A DNA stretch of 64,000 nucleotides, taken from positions 2,784,001-2,848,000 of the forward strand of contig CAVVPN010000003.1 in assembly GCA_963750165.1 (NCBI GenBank), in the 5' to 3' direction. This document shows, piece after piece, positions 38,001 to 46,300 of this stretch. Both the position numbers and the translations under genes were made by a program. The DNA comes from an uncultured Gemmataceae bacterium (lineage in GTDB: Bacteria > Planctomycetota > Planctomycetia > Gemmatales > Gemmataceae). How positions within the stretch are numbered: the first letter of the stretch is position 1; each line of letters begins with the position of its first letter. Under the pieces are notes generated by a model. It saw only the letters and a list, made by a program, of their open reading frames with translations. It searched no databases and had not been told where the DNA came from.

Positions 38001-40752
38001 GAACGACACCCTCACTCTGGTGAGCTACACCGCGCCAGGTTCGAGCTTCGACTCCACGACCGCCTACCAGCAGCAGATCTTTGACGAGGCCACGGGGACG
38101 TTCGGACCCGGAACCCACTCGTTGACGGTGCTGATCCCGAATTGCTACTACCAGATCGACTTCGTCTGCGGTCAGGCGATCAACGTGCTGGGACCGCAGA
38201 ACTATGGCCCCGACAGCGCTAACATTTTCTACACGCCCCAGGACCGCCTGCTCAGCGCCGATAACGGCGGCACGCAGGCGTGCTCGACCCATACGGTTTG
38301 CTCCGGCGACTACTCGAAGTGCAGTTACTGGGGCACCTCGACCGGCCAGCACGTGATCGATTGCTTCAACGGCAACTCCGGTTCGACCTGCCTGGCTCAG
38401 TGGCTGGCCACCTGCTTCCCGAACCTGTATGGGTCCGGCACCGGCAGCCATTGCCTGGTCAACTCCAATGGCAGCTACTGCTCCGACAGTCAGGTGGCGT
38501 ACGCCTACACGCACTGCTTCAGCGGCAACGATCAGCAGGTGCTGTCAGCGGCCCTGTCCTGCTATGCCACGAGTATCAACCTCACCTGCACCAACATCCA
38601 CAACGTCGATTACCACTTCACGACATCGCTGCCCGGCTCCGGCATGGACACTTACAGCGTCGGCAACAACGGCAGCGCGTTCGGTCTGGCGAACAACACC
38701 ACCACGACGGTGATGCAACTCCTGATGAACCTCAACGCCTGCACCAGCGCCGGAGCGTCCGTGTCTGCGGGGGCCGGCCAGTGCTTTAGCGGCATCAACA
38801 ACACCGGCAACGTCACCAACGCGGCGCCGTCCACTGCCGGCGTGTCCTACACCCCGGCCCAGGTGCGGGCCGCCTACGGTGTCAACAACCTCGCCCTGGA
38901 CGGCACCGGCCAGACCATCGCCATCGTGGACGCCTACGACGACCCGTCCATCCTCACCGCCCTGGACACCTTCGACGCCCAGTTTTCGCTGACGGCCTCC
39001 GGCTCGACGCTGTACGACCAGTACGGTGCGGCCGCGTCGTTCCTGACGGTGGTGAACCAGTCCGGCCAGACGCGCAGCCTGCCCGCCACCGACCCGACCG
39101 GCGGTTGGGAAGTGGAAGAGGCGCTCGACGTGGAATGGATTCACGCCATGGCCCCCGGCGCCCAGATCGTCCTGGTCGAGGCCAACAGCCAGTCGCTGGC
39201 CGACCTGATGGGCAGCGTGGCCACGGCCGCCAGCCTGCCCAACGTGTCGGTGGTGTCGATGAGCTGGGGCTACACCGAAGGCGCGTCCGTCCTCGCCCAG
39301 GACGAGGCGGCCTACGACGCGGACCTGACGACGCCGGCCGGCCACCAGGGCGTCACCTTCGTGGCCAGCACCGGCGACTACGGCACCGACGACCCCGAGT
39401 ACCCGGCCTTCTCGCCGAACGTCGTGGCCGTCGGCGGCACGTCGCTGACCCTCAACAGCAACAACTCCTACAGCAGCGAAACGGGCTGGGGCTACAACTC
39501 CAGCAGCGCGGGGACGTTCATCGGCGGCGGCGGCGGCGTCAGCCAGTTCGAGGCCGAGCCGGCCTATCAGCAGAGCGTCCAGTCCACGGGTTATCGGACC
39601 ACGCCCGACGTGTCCTTCGTGGCCGACCCGGGCACGGGCGTCTGGGTCGCCGACCCGTACAACCTGTCCGCGGACAACCCGTGGGAGGTCGTGGGCGGCA
39701 CCAGCCTGTCGGCGCCCAGCTGGGCGGGCCTGTTCGCCCTGGCCAACCAGGGGCGAGCGGAAGCTGGCCAGGCAACCCTCGGCACCACCACGCCGAACCA
39801 GGCCCAGCAAGCCCTGTACACGCTGCCACTGGGCGATTTCAACGACGTCACCACTGGCACCAACGGTTACAACGCCGGCCCCGGCTACGACCTGGTGACC
39901 GGCCTGGGCACTCCGGTGGCCGGCCAGCTGGTGCCCGACCTGGTCGCCTTCACCACGGCCGGCACGTCGCCGCGCACGGTGACTGTGACCGCGAGTGTCG
40001 GCAGCGGCAGTCTCGGGGACTACAGCAGCATCAACGCGATGCACAACGCCATCAACGTCTTCGACGCCCAGGTGGCGGGGACGACGGGGCTGACCTTCCG
40101 GGACAGCCTGAACCAGTCCGCGCTGGCGTCCACGAGCCCGGCCCTCGACCTGAGTGTGCTGCCGAAGCCGGTCGCGGCTGCTCCGGTGAGTGCGCTCACG
40201 GTCGCGCCGACCCTGGCGGTCAGCCCGCTGGCGATCACCACGGCGAACGGCAACGTGACGCTGCTGCAGCTGCCGGTGGTCGTTTCCCAGGGGATCACGC
40301 TGCCGACCGCGGTTGCCAGTGCCCACGAGACTGGCATCCAGGTGGTCAGCCAGGCTCCGGTCAGCCCGATCTCGGTTGGTCTGGTCCAGGCCCCGCAGCA
40401 GGTCGCCAGCCAGTCCGCGGAGCTGTTCGCCGAACTGGCCCGCGGTCGTGCCAATAATGTCGATGCTCTCTGGCAGCAGGACGAGCTGATCGTGCCGGCG
40501 GCGGACGCCCGGGAGCCGCTGACGACCTTCGGCAGTGAGGCGCCGGCCGAGGAACAGGTGCTGGACAGCATCTTCGGCAGCCTGGCCACGGACAACGCTG
40601 ACGAGGCCCTGGTGCTGGCCCCCGGCATCCGCGAGGTGGACGCGGCCTGTGCCGTGAGTCTCGCCTGGCTGGCCCTGTCGGCGTCGGCGGAAGACGAGCG
40701 GAACAGCCGCAAGTCCTCCGGGTTGCCCCAGGGGCGTTCGCCGAAGGTGTGA
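32086..40752 (+). CDS. Giant extracellular repeat protein B (~2888 aa), tandem paralog of A, with a Cys-rich segment and S53 peptidase
   Basis: The GTG start at 32086 is set by identity with the start context of gene A. Same domain order but lacking the ~3.1-kb nested block; EEALD, STGD and GGTSLSAP. Confidence 0.92.
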   Translation: MLRSLNRVWSKRKSMFRRQGDAVTQARKPFRPALEALEGRVVPAFAIRATEFDSLKNVVASSTQTSPNGPGSAFNAIFTLPDFSITIVGNNSNIGSTYAAHSTTINMLYTGPTGANSDSILIEVLGDSYVTPSAGPAQITSNASPSTSGLQASTVTMTSGVLNGDVALSGTPGTTLNGQLGQTLGAGSVGTASSVLLPNPTVSGSVFTLANPFTFYQTYTFGGFNTTGLAGSMSAGSEVDAVPNANNPHIAIVKLTNGTNNDDPPTPGVPDGPIVMVGSTVTWTYNVTNPGNEPIANVNVTDNIAGVNPLPVLSGGFNVGDTNDNGLLDPGETWVYTATGIATLGQYSNVGTVTGTSTITNTPVASDNPDHYFGVPVTPTITTQQTPLMGPVGTSTNDTAIVTGYYPTGTVTFNLYDNPNGTGTSLFTDTEPLVITPEEPLVGAATSADFTITAPGTYYWVATYNGDNLNNNPVTSTTDGEPVVVATPAINIVKLTNGTNNDSPPVAGTPDGPIVPVGSTVTWTYNVTNPGTEPIANVAVSDNIAGVNPTPVLSGGFNVGDANDNGLLDPGETWEFTASGTATAGQYSNIGTVTGTSTITNTPVSATNPDHYYGYTTNINIVKLTNGTNNDNPPVAGVPDGPTVPVGSTVTWTYNVTTTGTVPLSSVAVSDNIAGVNPTPVLSGGFNVGDTNHDGLLEAGETWEFTASGIATAGQYSNIGTATGTPVTPTGGTIPGATPVSATNPDHYYGTLSLGDFVWNDVNANGIQDSSDLTSNGINGVLVDLENSGGTVIATTTTGNNPVGGAPGYYQFSGLLQGTYTVVIDSSNFTGTGALVGYTATPSMVAGSTTANDSNGSPASVTLTTANDETIDFGYFKPGINIVKLTNGTNNDSPPVAGTPDGPTVPVGSTVTWTYNVTNPTGVALSSVSVSDNIAGVNPTPVLSGGFNVGDTNHDGLLENGETWVFTASGTAIAGQYSNIGTATGTPVTPTGGTIPGATPVSATNPDHYYGTLSLGDFVWNDVNANGIQDSSDLTSNGINGVLVDLENSGGTVIATTTTGNNPVGGAPGYYQFSGLLQGSYTVVIDSSNFASGGALASYTATPSMVAGSTTANDSNGSPAAVTLTTANDETIDFGYFKPGINIVKLTNGTNNDSPPVAGTPDGPTVPVGSTVTWTYNVTNPTGVALSSVSVSDNIAGVNPTPVLSGGFNVGDTNHDGLLEMGETWVFTATGIAQAGQYSNIGTATGTPVTPTGGTIPGATPVSATNPDHYYGTLSVGDFVWNDVNANGIQDSSDLTSNGINGVLVDLKNSSGTVIATTTTGNNPVGGAPGYYQFSGLLQGTYTVVIDSSNFNTGGPLAGYTATPSMVAGSTPANDSNGSPASVTLSTANDETIDFGYHIAGTPNLGIVKTADQVTITGGQTAGYTVTITNTGTATDTNVTLTDPLPPGVGGDINWTIDTSGTGHGAGTNPADFHITGAVGSQSLSLSPAFISGGDSLAPGQSIAVHITSPTTVADSSGGGNGTTFSGASAILGAAVNYTVLYEGISGPNFQVSNSSVYGNIGIGGTGHAQLSGPGTIGGRIDFSAANTGQYSASNTSGITSVNYNVSAVSSALTTVNSLSSALGAVSGTSLTLNGNTTVNASAGHLATVNGTTFLVFNIASYSEGNGNVVTINGDGSGDPVVFNFTANSNIQLGGDVTLNGLSDDQVIWNFTSTGQNLQLNNNASSYPNAAFQGIILAPNDKIQLTNSNLMGRVFGGGNQDFQINSGNTVNGPPVSLVNTATVSATGVSPKQSTATIYITVGQEGRQTPPTATISGVKFLDLTGNGFSADDTPLGGVTIQLYEDMNGDGVLTAADGAPVATTTTGAHDGTFSFTVTPGTYFVKEVVPTGYIQTGGGPNGSAGATYYTVTFTGSGATTFTGNNFDDFQVPTCTPTNVSFCVTNNCYHTTVSDLRGNTQQGDTVTVTFTVTPGMNDTLTLVSYTAPGSSFDSTTAYQQQIFDEATGTFGPGTHSLTVLIPNCYYQIDFVCGQAINVLGPQNYGPDSANIFYTPQDRLLSADNGGTQACSTHTVCSGDYSKCSYWGTSTGQHVIDCFNGNSGSTCLAQWLATCFPNLYGSGTGSHCLVNSNGSYCSDSQVAYAYTHCFSGNDQQVLSAALSCYATSINLTCTNIHNVDYHFTTSLPGSGMDTYSVGNNGSAFGLANNTTTTVMQLLMNLNACTSAGASVSAGAGQCFSGINNTGNVTNAAPSTAGVSYTPAQVRAAYGVNNLALDGTGQTIAIVDAYDDPSILTALDTFDAQFSLTASGSTLYDQYGAAASFLTVVNQSGQTRSLPATDPTGGWEVEEALDVEWIHAMAPGAQIVLVEANSQSLADLMGSVATAASLPNVSVVSMSWGYTEGASVLAQDEAAYDADLTTPAGHQGVTFVASTGDYGTDDPEYPAFSPNVVAVGGTSLTLNSNNSYSSETGWGYNSSSAGTFIGGGGGVSQFEAEPAYQQSVQSTGYRTTPDVSFVADPGTGVWVADPYNLSADNPWEVVGGTSLSAPSWAGLFALANQGRAEAGQATLGTTTPNQAQQALYTLPLGDFNDVTTGTNGYNAGPGYDLVTGLGTPVAGQLVPDLVAFTTAGTSPRTVTVTASVGSGSLGDYSSINAMHNAINVFDAQVAGTTGLTFRDSLNQSALASTSPALDLSVLPKPVAAAPVSALTVAPTLAVSPLAITTANGNVTLLQLPVVVSQGITLPTAVASAHETGIQVVSQAPVSPISVGLVQAPQQVASQSAELFAELARGRANNVDALWQQDELIVPAADAREPLTTFGSEAPAEEQVLDSIFGSLATDNADEALVLAPGIREVDAACAVSLAWLALSASAEDERNSRKSSGLPQGRSPKV
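33940..36280 (+). repeat. Three tandem 783-bp coding repeats in giant B
   Basis: Shadow ORFs recur at 34044, 34827 and 35610 (period 783). The units are near-identical to those in gene A. Confidence 0.9.
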
Positions 40753-40850
40753 TGCTTGAGTCCCATCCACGGGTTATGTCCGGCCGGGGCCGTTCGGTTC
40801 TTCTCCCTTCCCCTCGCGGAAGAGAAAGGATTGAACGGCCCCAGCCGATA

Positions 40851-41046
40851 TGTCAACTCTGGTTGACAGCCCCACAACACACTGCTGTAAACCGCGCGCT
40901 TTGCCAGACGGATGGGCTCGGTTCGGCGGCGGCATCGAGCCGGTGATCGGAAAAGTCGATGAAACGCAACTTGTTCATAAATAAGGGATTGTAGCTTACA
41001 AGTTGACCCGTGGAGGAAGGCCAGCCCCGTTGGCCCGACGTTTGCT
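40851..41046 (+). promoter_or_regulatory. Enhancer-like palindrome, IHF-like site and sigma-54 promoter upstream of the deacetylase/PAP-CTERM unit
   Basis: TGTCAAC-N4-GTTGACA-N17-TGTAAAC (40851-40892), CAACTTGTTCATA (40967-40979) and TTGGCCCGACGTTTGCT (41030-41046). Confidence 0.8.
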
Positions 41047-41282
41047 CTACACGGGGGAGACTCAAGCGCCAGGCGAGTGGAACAGTGTACGGCCTCGGAG
41101 GCTGAAACCGCGCACGGCGCCCCTCGGGGCGCTGCAACCGCAGGCCCCGGACATCTGAAGGGATGGCCGCATTCGGTGAGTACCGTCACCTACCTTCCGA
41201 CCGCGTTCCCCTGTCACCCCTGCCTGTTCTGCCGAGTGCCCGGTGCGAGCTGCTGACGGTCGGCCATGTTGAGGAGCCAGCT

Positions 41283-42311
41283 TTGACCACGCGCATCGTT
41301 CCCGACCCGGATCAACAACTCGCCAGCGCCGCCGCGCCGGCGGTGAGTCCGTTGCGGGCCATCCTGAGCTTCGACGTGGAGGAGCACTTCCGCATCGAGG
41401 CGGCGGCGGGCCTGGCCATCAACCCGGGACTGCGGGCGCAATACTGCGAACGCCTGGTGCCCTCGACCCAGTGGCTGCTCGATCAGCTGGAGCAGGCCCA
41501 GATTCGGGCGACGTTCTTCATCGTGGGCCAGATCGCGCGGGACAACCCGACCCTGGTGCGGGCCATCCACGAGGCCGGCCACGAGGTGGCGAGCCACGGC
41601 TGGGACCACCAGCGCGTCCTGAACCTGACGCCGGCGACGTTCCGCGCGGACATCCGCCAGAGCAAGGACGCCCTGGAGCAGGTCACGGGCGAAGCGGTGG
41701 TCGGCTACCGGGCGCCGACGTTCAGCGTCATGCGCCAGACGGCCTGGGCCCTGGACGTGCTGGTGGAACAGGGCATCACCTACGACTCCTCGATCTATCC
41801 GGTGCGGCACGACCGCTACGGCGTGCCGGGGGCGCCGCGGGGCCCCTTCCGCGCCCGCGGCGAACAGCACGAAATCCTCGAAATCCCACCACTGACCTGG
41901 CGCGTCCTGGGGACGAACGTTCCGGTCGGCGGCGGCGGTTACTTCCGGCTGCTACCGCTGGCCTTGCTGCAGCGTGCCCTGGCCCAGGTGCGTGACGGCT
42001 GCGACCCGCCGGTGGCCATGCTGTACTTCCACCCCTGGGAGTTCGACCCGGGCCAACCGCGGCTGCCCCTGGGCCGCCTGAGCGCGTTCCGCACCTACGT
42101 GGGCATTTACCGCAGCCGCGCCCGGCTGCAGCCACTGCTGCGGGGCCATCACTGGGCCCGGGCCGTGGACGTGGCCGAGCAACTCGACAAACAGTGGGCA
42201 CTGTTGCCGACGTTTGACGTCACCGCCCGCGGGGAGCAGAATGGGCAAGCCGTCTCTCCCGTTCGCCCGGCGGAGTTCTGGATGCCTGTTCCTTGCCCGG
42301 AAGGAGGGTAA
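41283..42311 (+). CDS. Polysaccharide deacetylase, exosortase/PEP-CTERM-locus type
   Basis: LSFDVEEHF, ATFFIVG, GHEVASHGWDH, GYRAPTFS, YDSSIYPVRHDRYG, GGGGYFRLLP, YFHPWEFDPGQP. TTG start chosen after GAGGAG (start uncertain). Confidence 0.9.
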   Translation: MTTRIVPDPDQQLASAAAPAVSPLRAILSFDVEEHFRIEAAAGLAINPGLRAQYCERLVPSTQWLLDQLEQAQIRATFFIVGQIARDNPTLVRAIHEAGHEVASHGWDHQRVLNLTPATFRADIRQSKDALEQVTGEAVVGYRAPTFSVMRQTAWALDVLVEQGITYDSSIYPVRHDRYGVPGAPRGPFRARGEQHEILEIPPLTWRVLGTNVPVGGGGYFRLLPLALLQRALAQVRDGCDPPVAMLYFHPWEFDPGQPRLPLGRLSAFRTYVGIYRSRARLQPLLRGHHWARAVDVAEQLDKQWALLPTFDVTARGEQNGQAVSPVRPAEFWMPVPCPEGG

Positions 42312-42457
42312 GCACGAGGGAACGTTCACACGCATAATGGACTGAGCGGCCGGCTCCCCTCCCGTGGCTGGAAAGGGCCAGGGCGCGGGCCGGCAAGCGT
42401 CGCGCAGTAGCACAGGTAACCATGGATTCACAGATTTTTCTCAGAGGAAACGCTTCA

Positions 42458-43240
42458 ATGTCACGTTTCAAATTCCTTCCCTTCCTGGCGGCCATGCTGA
42501 CTGGCGTCGTCATGGTGGGGGCGTCCCAGCAGGCGCGCGCCGACTTCATCATTCGCGCGACTGACCTCGACAGTACCAACGCGGTGGTTGCCGATGTGAC
42601 CACCACCGGTCTGTCGGCTGCGAATGGTTCCGGCTCCCTGGTCTTCGCCAACGCCGTCGGCAACTTCACGATCACCCTTGTGACCAACATCGCGACCACT
42701 GGGACTGGCTTCACCGCGGCCAGCCAGACGGTCAACATCACGTACACCGGTCCCACCGGGGCCAGCTCGGACACGCTGATCATCGAGGTGTTGGGGAACG
42801 ATTTCTCCAACCCCACCTCGCCGCCGAATGCCAGCATCACCAGCAACGCCTCGCCGAGCACGGACGGTCTGGAGGTGAGCAGTGTGACCATGACGAGCGG
42901 TGTGCTCTCTGGCACCGTCACGGCGCTCGGCGCCGCCGGCACCACCCTGGGCGGTCAGTTTGGCGAGACGACGGGCACCGGCACGATGGGCGCCGCGTCG
43001 AGCGTCCTGATGCCGAATCCGGTCACCGGTGCGTCGTTCCCCATCCCCTCCAGCCCGTTCTCGTTCTACCAGACCTACACCTTCAGTGGGTTCAATTCCA
43101 CCAACGAGGCCGGCTCGCTGTCGGCGGGCTCGACTGTGTCCTCGCCGGCTCCGGCGGCCCTCGTCCTGGCCGCCGCTGGCCTGCCCATGCTGGGCGGCTA
43201 CGGCTGGCTGCGCCGTCGCAAGGCGGTCAAGACGGCCTGA
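42458..43240 (+). CDS. Small secreted PEP-CTERM-like (PAP-CTERM) exosortase substrate, 260 aa
   Basis: Sec signal ending ...QQARA|DF. Thr/Ser/Gly-rich body. C-terminus PAPAALVLAAAGLPMLGGYGWLRRRK (motif, TM helix, basic cluster). An exosortase gene lies 6 kb downstream. Confidence 0.88.
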   Translation: MSRFKFLPFLAAMLTGVVMVGASQQARADFIIRATDLDSTNAVVADVTTTGLSAANGSGSLVFANAVGNFTITLVTNIATTGTGFTAASQTVNITYTGPTGASSDTLIIEVLGNDFSNPTSPPNASITSNASPSTDGLEVSSVTMTSGVLSGTVTALGAAGTTLGGQFGETTGTGTMGAASSVLMPNPVTGASFPIPSSPFSFYQTYTFSGFNSTNEAGSLSAGSTVSSPAPAALVLAAAGLPMLGGYGWLRRRKAVKTA

Positions 43241-43271
43241 TTGCCGTTTGACCTGCTAACCACGTTCACTC

Positions 43272-43297
43272 AGGGGCGGCCTTTCGGGGCCGCCCCT
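43272..43297 (+). terminator. Strong GC hairpin after the PAP-CTERM gene (partial terminator or mRNA stabiliser)
   Basis: AGGGGCGGCCT-TTCG-GGGCCGCCCCT, with only a short U tail. Confidence 0.6.
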
Positions 43298-43369
43298 TCC
43301 TCCCCGACTTCCCGTGCGTTCTCGACGCCGATTTTCGATACCGGAACCGATCGCCCAGGCAGAGTGCTT

Positions 43370-46300
43370 ATGAACTTCATTGGCAAGCGGACCCTGAACG
43401 TCAAATTCGCGCTGTTGCTCCTTGGCGCCCTGGTCATCGTGGGCGTGGGGGGATACTTCCTCCACGGGTTCCAGGTGCGCCGCAACGCGGGCATCTTCCT
43501 GCAACAGGCCGACAAGGCGGAGAAGGACGGCAAGCCGACTCAAGCCGCGGACTACCTGAGCCGCTACCTCGCCCTGGTCCCCCACGACAAGGACGCGCTG
43601 GCCCGCTACGGCTTGCTGCTGGCCGACGACAAGTTGATTGCCGACAGCCCCAACGCCGTCTTCAAGGCGTATCTGACGCTGGGGCAGGTGTTGCGACAGG
43701 CCCCGGAGCGGCACGACGTTCGCCGCCGCGTCATCCAGCTCGCCATGTCCCCCCGGTTCCACCGGCTGACCGACGCCGCCGAGCACCTGGACCGGCTGTT
43801 CGCCGCCAACATCAAGGACGCCGAGTTGCTAACGCAGCGGGGCGAGTGTCACGAGGTCAGCGGCGAATACAGGCAGGCCCGTGACCGCTACGAGGAAGCC
43901 CTCGGCCAGCCCAAAGTCGATGTGAAGGTGTACCTGCGGCTGGCGCTGTTGCTGCGCAACCCGGCTGCGGGCGTCCGGCGGAAGAACGAAACGCCGGAAA
44001 CCGTTCGCGCCCTGGCCGACGCGCAGATCGAAAAGATGCTCCAGGCGAACGCCGGCTCGTTTCAGGCCCAGCTGTACGCCGTGGGCTACTACAGGGCGTT
44101 CTACCAGCAACTCGAACCGGAGAAGACCCGGGAGCGCGTCGCGGCGCTCATCCAGAAGGCCCGCAAACTGGGGCCACAGGAGGCGGATGTCATTCTGGCG
44201 TTCGCGGATCTGGAATACGAGGACCAGCACCCCGAGCGCGCCCGCGCCGAGCTTGAGCGGGGTATCGAGCGCCACCCAGATGATCCCCGCATGTACCTGG
44301 TCCTGAGCCGGCTGGAGGGCGATCAGAAGCGGCCCAGGGAAGCTCTGGCCGCCCTGCGCATGGGCCTGAAGCGCCTGCCCAGGAACCTTGACCTGCTCTG
44401 GCACCTGGCGTACCAGCAGATCCGGGCCGAGCTGGACGAGAAGACGCGGGACGCGGAGGCCGCGGACCTGATCGCGCGCATGGAGAAGGCGGGCATGCCC
44501 ACCGAGGAGCTGGACTTCCTGCGGGCGCGGCTGTGGATGAGCGGCGAGGAGTGGCTCAAGGCCGTGCGTCTGCTGGAGCGCGTCTACCCGCAGTTCCTGT
44601 CGCGCAACACCAGGGGCCTGGAGGGGGTTTCCGTCAACCTGGCTCTGGAGTCCAGCCTGCTGCTGGCGCGCTGCTACGTGGTGCTGGGCGACGCCGACCG
44701 CGCCGTTGCCGCCTACCGGCGCGTCGTGACCCGTGCGCCGCAGAAGGTCGAGGCCCGCCTGGAACTGGCGCAGACGCTGTGGGGCCAGCGCCGGCTCGAC
44801 GCGGCCGAGAAGGAGTATCGGCAACTGACGCAGCAGCCCAACGCCCCCGCGACCGCCTGGGTCGCCCTCGGCCAGTTGCTCGCCGAGCGCAACTGGAAGA
44901 ACCCCGACGCCGACTGGACCGGCGTGGAGGCGATCCTGAAGCAACTGGAGCAGATCAAGCCCGTCCCGCCGGAGGTCAAACTGCTCCGCGCTGAGCGGCT
45001 GGCGTCCCTGAACCGCTTCGCCGAAGCCCGGAAGGAACTGACGAGCGGAGAGTCGGACGCGCAGCCGCGGTCCATCGAGATGTGGGTGGGGCTGGCCGCG
45101 CTGGAGGATCGGAAGGGGGACGCCCGGTCGGCCCTGGCCCTGCTGGACGACGCCGAGCGCGCCCTGGGCGACCAGGCGGCGATCTTCCAGGCCCGCGTCC
45201 GGGTCTGGGTCCGCCGTGGCGGCAGTGAGGCCCCCCGGGCCCTGGACACCCTGGCCGGCAAGCTCGACCGGTTCAAGGGCGCCGAGCGGCGCAGCCTGTC
45301 TCAATACCTCGCCACCGCGTACCTGAAGCTCGGCGAATCGGCCCGGGCGGAGGCGCTGTGGCGCGAACTGCGCGCAAGCACCCCAACGACCTCGGCATCC
45401 GCGCGGCCCTGTTCGACCTGGCGGAGGCGAACAAGGACAACGCGCAGATGGCCCGGCTGGTGAACGAACTGCGGGAGCTGGAAGGGCCGGACGGCACGCT
45501 CTGGCGGCTCTACGGAGCGAACCGCCTGATCGCCCTGGCCCGCGCGACGGGCGACCGGACCAAACTGCGGGAGGCCGAGCAGCTGCTCAAGAAGGTGGCC
45601 GAGACCCGGCCCGACTGGGTACGGCTGATTGTCAGCCAGAGCAGCGTCGAGGACCTGCTCGGCCGGCCGCGCTCCGCGGCCAGCAAGTGTCTGAAAGCCA
45701 TTGACCTGGGCGAACGGCACCCGCTGGTCATCCGGCAGGCGTTCGCGCTGTTGAGCCGGGCCGGCTACCACGTCGAGGCGCGGGAACTGGAGCAGAAGTT
45801 GCGCCAGGAGGGCTACAACCTGACCGGCATGGAGGCGGTGCGGATTCTGAACGCGGTGGTGGCGCAGGACCCCGCCGAGGCTCTGCGCCTGGCCGAGCAG
45901 ACCATCTCGCCCGACACCAAGGATTACCGCAATCTGCTGATGCTCGGCCAACTCCGCATGGCGGCCGGCAAGCAGGCCGAGGCGGCGGCGGCGTTCGAGG
46001 GCGCGCTCCGCCTGGCTGACAAGATCCCGGAAACCTGGGTGACGATGGTGTCGTTCCTGGTCCGCACTGGGGACAAGGTCAAGGCCGAAGCGCTGCTGCG
46101 GCAGGCCGGCAAGAAACTGCCGCCGGAGACGGTGCCGCTGGCGCTCGCCCGGGGCTATGAAATTCTGGGCCAACCGGAGAAGGCCCGGGACCAGTACGAG
46201 GTCGCCCTGGCGTCCAGCCCGGACAAGGTGGCCGCCCGCGAACGGTTCGCCCTCTTCTGCCTGCGCACGAACCGGCTGGAGGAGGCGCGCAAGCAGCTGC

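Noticed and set aside
42390..42406. GG-N10-GC upstream of the PAP-CTERM gene
   Set aside because: It lacks both the TGGC and TTGC context, so it is too weak in GC-rich DNA.
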